Shown here in pieces: positions 49,064-57,800 of a stretch of DNA of 64,000 nucleotides. The notes beneath the pieces are model-generated. The model saw nothing but the letters and a program-made list of their open reading frames with translations. It was not told the origin of the DNA and searched no databases. The translations under genes were made by a program, and so were the position numbers. The DNA comes from an uncultured Gammaproteobacteria bacterium (GTDB taxonomy: Bacteria > Patescibacteriota > Microgenomatia > Levybacterales > UBA12049), in NCBI GenBank assembly GCA_964490105.1, contig CAZAZU010000001.1, positions 498,361 to 562,360 on the forward strand, written 5' to 3'. Every line of letters starts with the position of its first letter. The first letter of the stretch is position 1.

Positions 49064-50119
49064 ATGAGTAAAAAAATATTTTTTATCGTTCTAATATTAA
49101 TCCTAAGTGCTTTAATAGCATTTGCCGAAATCGCACAAAAGCCATTAAAAACAATTGGGTGGATTCCATATTGGGATCAAAATGCTGCTACCCAAAGCTT
49201 TAAAGAAAATGTTGATAAGATAGATTACGTTTCTCTTTTCTGGTATAGAATTGATGAGAACGGTAATTTAGGAGCATATGAAGGAGTCGTTGAAGACAAG
49301 TCTATAATTGAATTTGCTCACAAAAATAATGTGAAAGTTCTAGCTCTTATCGCAAACCTGGACGAGTCCGGAGATGGAACATGGGATCATAAAAGAGTCG
49401 ATACTGTTATTGCAACAAAAGAAGCTAGAGAAAAACATATCAGCGAACTAATCGATCTAGTTGAAAAAAATAATTTCGATGGAATTGACATAGATTATGA
49501 ATCTCTGGAAAGTTATCAAAAAGACGATTTCTCATTATTCATTAAAGAGCTTTCTAAGGAACTTCATAAAAGAGATAAAATTCTTGGAGTTGCGATTCAT
49601 CCAAAAACATCTGAAAACAATCCCCAGGAAGACAATGGATCTAGAGCTCAAGATTTAAGAAAAATCGGAAGATATGCCGATCAGCTGTACTTCATGACAT
49701 ATCTTGAACATGGTGCATTTAGTCAGCCTGGACCAATCGGCTCTCTTTCCTGGATGGAAGGAGTCATAGAATATGGAATATATAAAGTGCCTCGCCAAAA
49801 AGCATATCTAGGAATCGGGCTTATGGGAGCGCAATGGACTAAAAATCCTGACGGAACATATAAACCAACAGAAAGTGAAATGTCATTCTTGGATGTTTTA
49901 TCAAAAGTTAATATTTACAAATTAACTCCTATCTGGGATGAAAAATCAAAAACACCTTATCTTACTTTTAATGAGAATGGAGCGGAAAATATTATATGGT
50001 TTGAAAATGCGGAAAGCGTAAAACTTAGAGTAGAACTTGCAAAAAAATATGGGGTTGGCGGAGTCGCACTTTGGAGACTTGGAGAAGATGATGAAAGAAT
50101 TTGGGAGTACTTAAAATAA
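49064..50119 (+). CDS. secreted glycoside hydrolase family 18 domain protein
   Basis: Signal peptide. 'GWIPYWDQ' and the GH18 catalytic motif 'FDGIDIDYESL' (DxxDxDxE). Confidence 0.7.
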   Translation: MSKKIFFIVLILILSALIAFAEIAQKPLKTIGWIPYWDQNAATQSFKENVDKIDYVSLFWYRIDENGNLGAYEGVVEDKSIIEFAHKNNVKVLALIANLDESGDGTWDHKRVDTVIATKEAREKHISELIDLVEKNNFDGIDIDYESLESYQKDDFSLFIKELSKELHKRDKILGVAIHPKTSENNPQEDNGSRAQDLRKIGRYADQLYFMTYLEHGAFSQPGPIGSLSWMEGVIEYGIYKVPRQKAYLGIGLMGAQWTKNPDGTYKPTESEMSFLDVLSKVNIYKLTPIWDEKSKTPYLTFNENGAENIIWFENAESVKLRVELAKKYGVGGVALWRLGEDDERIWEYLK

Positions 50120-51180
50120 TTATGAAAACTATAAAACACAATAAACCATTAGTAGGTAGACAAGAATCTAAAGCGATTAACGATGTAATGAAAAGTGAGT
50201 GGATTATCGCTGATTCAGAAGTTAGAAAATTCGAAAAAACTGTTGCAAAAATGAATAAATTTAAATATGCAGTTGCAGTTAACAGCGGTACTGCTGCGAT
50301 TCATTTAGCTCTCCTTTCGCTTGGCGTTAAAGAGTCTGATGAAGTAATACTATCTTCTTTTACTGTTGCAGACCCACTTAATGCAATAAATTATACAGGC
50401 GCAAAAACAGTTCTAGTAGACATTGAAAAAAATTCTTTTGACATGAATATTGATGAAATAAAAAGAAAAATTACTAAGAAAACAAAAGCAATTATTGTTC
50501 CTCATATGCTGGGTTCGTTTGCAAAAATTGATGAGCTGGAAAATCTTGGAATTCCAATTATCAATGACTGCGCTCAATCAATCGGCGGAATTTATAAAGA
50601 TAAACCAATTGGATCATATGGTGACTTAACTATTTTTTCATTTTATGCGACTAAGTTAATTACCACAGGCCAAGGTGGAATGGTTTTAACAAATAATAAA
50701 AAACGCGCAAAGTTTATGAGAGATACAATCGACTATAATGGCAGGACAAATTATAAAGTTAGATTTAACTACCCTATGACAGACATATCTGCTGCAATGG
50801 GAAATGTTCAGCTAAAAAAACTTAATGATTTTATAAAAAGAAGAAGAGAAATTGCCAAAAGATATAAAGGCGCGATTTCTAATAAAGAAATCTCTACTTT
50901 CCCAAATCTTGATGAAGGCTATTCAAATTTTTATCGTTTCGTACTTAAATTTAATAGTCAGAAAAAAAGAACAGAAGCTAAGAAAATATTTATGAAGAAT
51001 AAAATAACTGCAATTGTTCCAATTAAAGAATATGAACTTTTGTATAACTGTGTAGGGGATAATAAAAAGGATTATCCTAATTCTCTAGAGATGGCTAATA
51101 CTTGCCTATCGATTCCGATTTATCCTGCATTAAGTGAAGCCGAAATTAAAAGAATCATAGATGTATTAAAATCTCTTTAA
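50101..51180 (+). CDS. DegT/DnrJ/EryC1/StrS-family PLP-dependent sugar aminotransferase
   Basis: 'FKYAVAVNSGTAAIHLAL', 'IIVPHMLGS', 'DCAQSIG' and 'SFYATKLITTGQGG' (Lys). Confidence 0.8.
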   Translation: MGVLKIIMKTIKHNKPLVGRQESKAINDVMKSEWIIADSEVRKFEKTVAKMNKFKYAVAVNSGTAAIHLALLSLGVKESDEVILSSFTVADPLNAINYTGAKTVLVDIEKNSFDMNIDEIKRKITKKTKAIIVPHMLGSFAKIDELENLGIPIINDCAQSIGGIYKDKPIGSYGDLTIFSFYATKLITTGQGGMVLTNNKKRAKFMRDTIDYNGRTNYKVRFNYPMTDISAAMGNVQLKKLNDFIKRRREIAKRYKGAISNKEISTFPNLDEGYSNFYRFVLKFNSQKKRTEAKKIFMKNKITAIVPIKEYELLYNCVGDNKKDYPNSLEMANTCLSIPIYPALSEAEIKRIIDVLKSL

Positions 51181-52400
51181 CCTCTTTTTGGACTTGTCCA
51201 AGTCCCGTCAGATTTCTTAAATATTGCCTCTGGAATAGATATAAAAAAGACGATTGTGTCAATAAACCTTAAGAAAACAAATCCAAGTCCTAAGAAAAGC
51301 ATTATTGGTTTTCGCTCTGTTATTGCCACCAATACTGTCATAATATAATCGATTAAAAACACACCGATAAGAATATCAATCAATCTAAATGTTCTGCCGA
51401 TAACAGGAATGGTGACCGGATCAAAGGAATTTAAAATTAGAAGTGTAATTATAAGTGGAATAGTCAAAAAGAATAAACTATAAAAAATAAGTTCTATAAG
51501 AAATGCTCCCATCGTAAGCCATAAAAAACTAGGCCAAATTCCATGTCTAAAAATTGTTTGCCAGTATCCTACGTTCCATCTTCGCAGTTGCTTTATGTAA
51601 TCCTCTAAACTGTATGGATCTTGGTGGGTAGCTTTTATTTCAGGCGCATATATAATCTTTCCAAGCTTCTTCTTCTGAACTTCAAAAGTCATATTAAAGT
51701 CTTCAATAACTAGTCCTGGGGCATCTATTTCTAAGTGCTCTAAAACTCTAGTTCTATAGATACTAAAAGCCCCAGGGATGATATAGCTCGCATTTGCAAC
51801 CTTCCAAGTTTGACCAAATCTAAGTCCCCATTGCATCACTTTCCAGAGCTTTGCTCTATATGAAATTAGGAATAATTCTGAAAGCTTGGTTCTTCCCCAT
51901 CTTGTTTGACCATGCGGACTAACAGCAGCCACATTCTCATCTCTAAAATATTGAAGCGCTAAATGCAGATAGTTAGGATCAATTATACAATCAGCGTCAT
52001 TAATAAGAATTGCCTTGTACGCTTTTAGAAGACCGTATTCACGCATTATATAAACGAGTGCCTTTGCCTTACCTTTATTTGGACGCAAATCCAAACTTCT
52101 AACTCCCATTGAACGGATTATTTCGATAGTTTTATCTGTTGAAAAGTCACTTACTACATATATATTTCTAGGGGGTAAAACCTGAAGAAGCGCTGAGATC
52201 GTTTTTCTTATACTATCTTCTTCGTTGTGCGCTGGAACTATTGCTGCAACTTCTGAAAAATTTATAGGAAGCGGCTCAAGTCTTTTTTCTCGATTTCTTT
52301 TTGAAGATCCAAATTTTTCGAAGATTAAACGAAGAAAACCTACTATTACCCAAAAAGTGAAGTTAAATCCAAGGGTAAAAAAAGCTAGAAACCATACCAC
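51177..52400 (-). CDS. processive family-2 glycosyltransferase (PgaC/IcaA/chitin-synthase-like, QxxRW)
   Basis: N-terminal TM. 'VPAHNEEDSI', 'VVSDFSTDKT', 'INDADCIIDP' and 'QLRRWNVGYWQ', then a C-terminal 4-TM bundle. Confidence 0.7.
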   Translation of the reverse strand: MVWFLAFFTLGFNFTFWVIVGFLRLIFEKFGSSKRNREKRLEPLPINFSEVAAIVPAHNEEDSIRKTISALLQVLPPRNIYVVSDFSTDKTIEIIRSMGVRSLDLRPNKGKAKALVYIMREYGLLKAYKAILINDADCIIDPNYLHLALQYFRDENVAAVSPHGQTRWGRTKLSELFLISYRAKLWKVMQWGLRFGQTWKVANASYIIPGAFSIYRTRVLEHLEIDAPGLVIEDFNMTFEVQKKKLGKIIYAPEIKATHQDPYSLEDYIKQLRRWNVGYWQTIFRHGIWPSFLWLTMGAFLIELIFYSLFFLTIPLIITLLILNSFDPVTIPVIGRTFRLIDILIGVFLIDYIMTVLVAITERKPIMLFLGLGFVFLRFIDTIVFFISIPEAIFKKSDGTWTSPKRG

Positions 52401-53320
52401 TGCGCAGTCCTCCTAATACCTTCCTCTAAGTTAACTTTAGGACTCCACCCAAGCTTTTTCATTTTTGTGAGTGCTGGAAGCCTTCTGTCATGATCATGAT
52501 TTGGTCTTTCAATGAATTTAATTTTAAGATTTTTTTCTGTAATTTTTATTACCATTTTTGCTAAATCAATTATTTTTGTTTCGTTGTCATTTCCCAAGTT
52601 ATATACTTCGCCTTTTTTACCCTTCAATGCAATAGTTATCAAACCTGATACTAAATCATCTACGTAACAAAGTGTTCTTGTTTGAGTTCCCTTGCCCTCC
52701 ACAGTTAGATCACGACCGTTCATGCATTGATTCATGAACCTTGGCATAACTCTTGCGTCACTTCTGCTCATTCCTGGCCCATATGTATTAAATACTCTTG
52801 CGATCCTCGCGTCAACTCCAAAGGCCCTAAAATAGAACATAACTACACTTTCTGCAAATCTTTTTCCCTCTTCATATGTACTTCTGTACCCAGTTGGACT
52901 TACTTTTCCTTCATAATCTTCTGTTTGAGGGAAAACTTCAGGATTTCCGTAAACTTCAGATGAAGACGTAAATACTACCTTTGATTTCGTCTTTCTTGCT
53001 AGTTCCATTACGTTTTTTGTTCCAACTCCAGAAGTAAATAACATTTCTGATCCTAATTTAAGTAAATTATCAACACCAGTTGGACATGCTAGATGAAAAA
53101 TTACGTCAATTTTTTTACTTTCAAGTGATTTTGGAAGGTTTTTAGTAATATCGTGTTTGATGAAAGTGAAATTTTTATTCTTTTTAAGTGTATTTACAGC
53201 TTTATCATTTGAAGTTACAAAATTATCGATTGCGATAACCTGAATGTCTCTTGAGAGAAGAGTACGGCAAAGATTTTGACCTATAAAGCCAGCTCCTCCA
53301 GTGACTAGAACAAGTTTCAT
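52385..53320 (-). CDS. UDP-glucuronate decarboxylase-like SDR (second UXS paralog; possible UDP-GlcNAcA decarboxylase)
   Basis: 'VTGGAGFIGQNL', 'FTSSSEVYGNP' and 'YEEGKRFAE'. It sits directly downstream of the UDP-sugar dehydrogenase with a 4-bp overlap. Confidence 0.7.
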   Translation of the reverse strand: MKLVLVTGGAGFIGQNLCRTLLSRDIQVIAIDNFVTSNDKAVNTLKKNKNFTFIKHDITKNLPKSLESKKIDVIFHLACPTGVDNLLKLGSEMLFTSGVGTKNVMELARKTKSKVVFTSSSEVYGNPEVFPQTEDYEGKVSPTGYRSTYEEGKRFAESVVMFYFRAFGVDARIARVFNTYGPGMSRSDARVMPRFMNQCMNGRDLTVEGKGTQTRTLCYVDDLVSGLITIALKGKKGEVYNLGNDNETKIIDLAKMVIKITEKNLKIKFIERPNHDHDRRLPALTKMKKLGWSPKVNLEEGIRRTAQWYGF

Positions 53321-54636
53321 AGTGAGAAAACGTGAGAGTTGTGATCTGAAATCTTAACTTTTCTGGTATCTAAAATTGGTTTATTAAAGCTGGAAAGCCA
53401 TTCATAGTCAACTGTGCTGTGATTTGTAGTAATAACTAGTAAATCACTTTCAGCAATTGTTTTCTCACTAAGCTCTACTGACTGACCGCCATTAAACTGC
53501 GGGATAAACGGATCATGATATGAAACTTCATACCCACTTTTTTCAAAAAGTTCCCAGATTCTAAGAGCAGGTGATTCTCTGTGGTCATCAATATCTGGCT
53601 TATAAGCAATACCGATTAAAAGTACTTTTTTCTTGTTATTTTGATCTTTTATATGAACTCCATCCTTCAGTTTTGTAAAAACAGAGGCAATTCCATTTTG
53701 TGAATTAACTTTCTTAATACTTGCAGAAATAATTTCTTCAGCTCGTCTTACAACTTTTTGAGGCTGGTTTTCGTTAATTCTTCCTGCTTCTTTAACAAGA
53801 GTTAAGTCAATTCCAAGCTGTTTTGCATCTTCAATTAGATAGTATGGATCTACTGGAATACAGTGTCCCCCGATACCAGGCCCTGGATAGTGAGCCAAGA
53901 ATCCGAAAGGTTTTGTTGCAGCTGCGTCTACGACTTCCCACATGTCTACATTAATTGCCTTTGCATACTGGTGAACTTGATTTACAAGGCTAATATTAAT
54001 CAAACGGAAAGTATTCTCAAAGATTTTCGTGAGCTCTGCTGTCTCAAGAGAACTTACAGGAACTACCCTATCGATGATTTTTTCATAGAATGCGACAACT
54101 GCTTCAAACGAATTTTCTTCCAGTCCTGATACAACTTTTGGAATTTCGTTTAATTTAAATTTGGAGTTTCCCGGATCAACTCTTTCAGGTGAAAACGCTA
54201 AGAAGAATTCTTCTCCAGCCTTTAATCCTGTTTTTTCAAGTATTGGAAGTGCGATTTTTCTAGTAGTTCCTGGAGCAATTGAGCTTTCAATTACAACTAG
54301 TTGACCTTTCCTTAAATGCTCTGATACCTCAGAACACGCTCCTTCAAGCGCTCTAAGATCTGGCATTTTATTCTCATGAACTGGTGTTTGAACACAAATA
54401 AGAACCACATCAGCTTCGGAAATCTTTGTTTTATCGATAGTAGAAGTTAAATTCTTAATCTTAAGATCATTAATTTTTGAAGCTTTTTGAGGGTTTCTCA
54501 CAAAACCTGTTGTCTTAAAACCTGCCGCAGAGGAAAGTTCTGCTAAAGGCATTCCCACATACCCCATTCCGACAATACCAACCTTGGCAGTTTTATCGTT
54601 AATTTTCTTAATTAATTCAGTTTTAAACTTATTCAT
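53317..54636 (-). CDS. UDP-N-acetyl-hexosamine/UDP-sugar 6-dehydrogenase (WecC/TviB/WbpA family)
   Basis: 'VGIVGMGYVGMPLA' and catalytic 'GGHCIPVDP'. 439 aa. The motif set differs from Ugd at 27301. Confidence 0.8.
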   Translation of the reverse strand: MNKFKTELIKKINDKTAKVGIVGMGYVGMPLAELSSAAGFKTTGFVRNPQKASKINDLKIKNLTSTIDKTKISEADVVLICVQTPVHENKMPDLRALEGACSEVSEHLRKGQLVVIESSIAPGTTRKIALPILEKTGLKAGEEFFLAFSPERVDPGNSKFKLNEIPKVVSGLEENSFEAVVAFYEKIIDRVVPVSSLETAELTKIFENTFRLINISLVNQVHQYAKAINVDMWEVVDAAATKPFGFLAHYPGPGIGGHCIPVDPYYLIEDAKQLGIDLTLVKEAGRINENQPQKVVRRAEEIISASIKKVNSQNGIASVFTKLKDGVHIKDQNNKKKVLLIGIAYKPDIDDHRESPALRIWELFEKSGYEVSYHDPFIPQFNGGQSVELSEKTIAESDLLVITTNHSTVDYEWLSSFNKPILDTRKVKISDHNSHVFSL

Positions 54637-54752
54637 ATTATGAGATAAAAAAACAACCCTAATATAAGGGTTGTTAATTATCTTCTACCCTTATATTCAA
54701 TGAGGGCAGAATTACAAAATGCATTATAATATAGGCTTATCAGAATGTCAAG
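54637..54752 (-). promoter_or_regulatory. consensus sigma70 promoter plus attenuator-like leader (hairpin + U7) upstream of dehydrogenase-UXS operon
   Basis: On the minus strand: TTGACA (rc 54746-54751), a 17-nt spacer, and TATAAT (rc 54723-54728). The about 80-nt leader can form three mutually exclusive pairings: 1:2 CCCUC/AAGGG, 2:3 AAGGGU/ACCCUU, and 3:4 AACAACCCU-UAUAUU-AGGGUUGUU. The last is followed by UUUUUUU 14 nt before the ATG. Confidence 0.5.
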
Positions 54753-54841
54753 CGGTGGAATAGTTCTCACACGTTTCTCACATTATTCTCATTCAAATTT
54801 ATTGCTATAGGACTAATAATATAGTATAATACTGCCACATT

Positions 54842-57800
54842 ATGGCAGCTCAAAGAATTGAAAGCACAGGATCACATCCAGAAGCAGATAATCTTCCAAA
54901 TAATGGGTCTCATCTGCAGATTGATCGTGGATTAACTCAACTTGAATTAGGCTTATCAACAGCCCCTGTTCTCGGAGAAAATGGAACCCCAGGAGCAGAA
55001 GATGAAAGAATTAATAGTGGAAAGCGAGAAGAAGTATTACAAGCCTTTGCGCGCCAATTCGAAGCATTTAGAGAGGCTCCTGATACTGTCCTGGAAGACT
55101 GGGAAGCAGCAGAAAGAGGCGAAATGGCTGAAATATTGGACACGGGAAAGGTTGATTTCGCAAATGGAGTAGATTCTTTCAGAGAAAACGGACGCACAAG
55201 AAGACTTCCTATCCAGGCTTTTATGAACTTCGTTGCTGTTAAGGCTGATGAGGATGAGCAAGTTGAAAATGATAGAAGAATTCTTGAAAAATATAGCAGG
55301 TCTCCTATCTCAACTATCAGAGGAGATGGCCAGATCAGCAGACAAACACACAGGCAGTTAGCTGATGAAGCAGCCCAAGCAACCCAGGACAGAAGAAGCG
55401 CAGTAAGAAGAGCCCAAACAGGAGTGCGCTGGTTCTATCCGCCTAAAAATGCAGACATAAACAACACCACTCCTGAAGCTTCGCAACCGCAAGATTTATC
55501 GGGTGCAATGCAAATCTTTGAAGAAGCTCTTCGGAGATATAGACATGCCAACAGTCCGATTGATAAAAAAACGGCAAAAAGAGAACTTGATTTAATCACC
55601 AGGCAAATGGGAGATTTAACAGGGGACACGGCTGCTGTAAAAGAATTCCTAGAGGCGAGAAGAGAAGAAGCACGAAAATCAGGAAAAGCGGATCGAGGAA
55701 CGGCATCCAAACTGGAAATACGAGCATCAAAGTTAAGAATAGAACGAGCAGCAGACAGATTATATGAATTGGAAGATTTAAGAAGTAATGAACCAATTAT
55801 TCTGGGGAATTCACCAAGCTCGGATATATCAGATCGCGGCTCTGACCTTCCAAGCGAAACTGCTGAAGAAATTATAACCACTCCTTGGCTTACTTCAATG
55901 ATTGAAACTCAAGTAAGACAGGATGATGCTCCTTGGGGTAAACCTAAACTACCTGGTAATGTGACAGTAACCACAGAGAATGCTCTCGAAAAAATTAAAA
56001 CTCCACTTAGGCTTTCTGGAGGCTTAAATCCTGGAGAAAAAAAGGGCTATAGCCAACCTCAAGCTTCTCAAATTATTAGAAAAGCTGGAGAAGAACTATA
56101 TCGTAGTTATAAAAAGACATGGGATGAAGTATCGAAATTGAGAGCAGATAGCGATTCTAAGGTTACATCAAAGTCTGATCCTATTACTTCTTCAGCGCAC
56201 GATTTTACACCACCATCTTATACTTCTGTAGATTGGTCTAAAACAGATAATGCGAGAGAGGTATGGGAGGCTCAATTCAGAGAGGCAGTAAAAGCAGAGG
56301 AAAAACTACCTGCGCTACCTATACCCATAAGCGCTGCTGATCAACTTCAAGCTGATGAAGACGCAGAAAGAGCCAGAAAAACTGCGGAAGACGATAAAAG
56401 ACGCGCCGCAAGAACAGCTATTGATGACGCTAGACGTTTAGGACAACCGATTCCAGAAGTAGATGAAAAGGGGTTTTTGGTTGACCCTACCTTAAAACCT
56501 GATGAAGATTTATTTCCTGAGCATGATTACACCCCTCCACCTCCATATGTATCCATTGATTGGTCTCAGACAGAAAAGGAAAGACAAAACTGGGAATTTA
56601 AATTTCAATTATTAAATGACATTGCTAGCTGGGATCAAGGAGATATAGGAAGTGAAGATAGTGGAATTCCCCCCGTCGAAACCGTTCCTCCAGTTGCAGA
56701 AAAAGAGAACGTAAAGTTTAATATTATATTTACATCGCTTGACCCAGCATATGATCAAGAAGCAGAAAAATGGGCAGAACAAAAACTTCAACAAGAACTA
56801 ACTCCAACTAAAGGCAGACTAGGAAAAATTAGAAGTATAAGAAGAGTTGCAGCGACCAGAATCACAGAAGAAGGTAAAAGACTAAAATATACTAAAGCAT
56901 ATAAAGAGACTTTGGTAAAAGCAGGTAATCCATATGCGCAAATCGATATAAAAACAGGAGAAGTAACAGATGCAGATCAGGATAGAGACAAATTTGATGC
57001 ATCAGTTCAGGCCACACTTAGAGGACTTGACATAAACCCAGAGCAGTTCGTTGCAAGAAAAGCAACTATCGATGAAAAATTACAAGAAAAGATTAGTTTC
57101 GAACTATATGGATATGCGGCTGGAAAATTAAGCCCAGCGGAAATTGAGGAAAGATTTGCGAGATTCACTAAAGCTAATTCTGTGGACTTAAGAAAATATT
57201 TCGGAAAGGATTTAGATTCTAGTGATTTTATGGCTGGATTTAATTCAAATTTGATTCAAAAACTTGGAGAAATTAGAGAAGCGATTGATCATGGAGTAAT
57301 AACCCTTGATCAAGTGGACTTTAACGTAGGATTTGCAATTCCAAGATGGGGGACAGAAACTCAGGCAGAACTTACCAGAAGAGATAAATTAATAAAAGGC
57401 GCACAAAAAAGAAGGAAAACTGGAGTTTTAGCGAATCCGCTGGTCTTAGGAGGAGGAGCATCGATAGGAACTAGTTTGGCTTGGGGAGCTGCTGGCTGGG
57501 GAGCTAGATCTGTAGCGCCAGTTGTAGGAATTCTACCTGGAGCATTAATCGGAGGATGGAACGCAAAAGCCAGAAGAAGCTATGATCTAAAAAGAGACAG
57601 AGCAACTTTTGAAAAGGATCAAGCATCAGGAGTTAAGGTTACATCTGATCAACCAAGAAGATTAGCATTGGACAGTTTTTCGAGAAGAAAGACTTCGACT
57701 AGACAGCTTAATTATGGAGTAAGCAACTTAATCAGCCGTGATTTATCAAACAATCCATTTTTATCAGATAAAAGAAAAGAACAAAACGAAAAAGCCCTAC

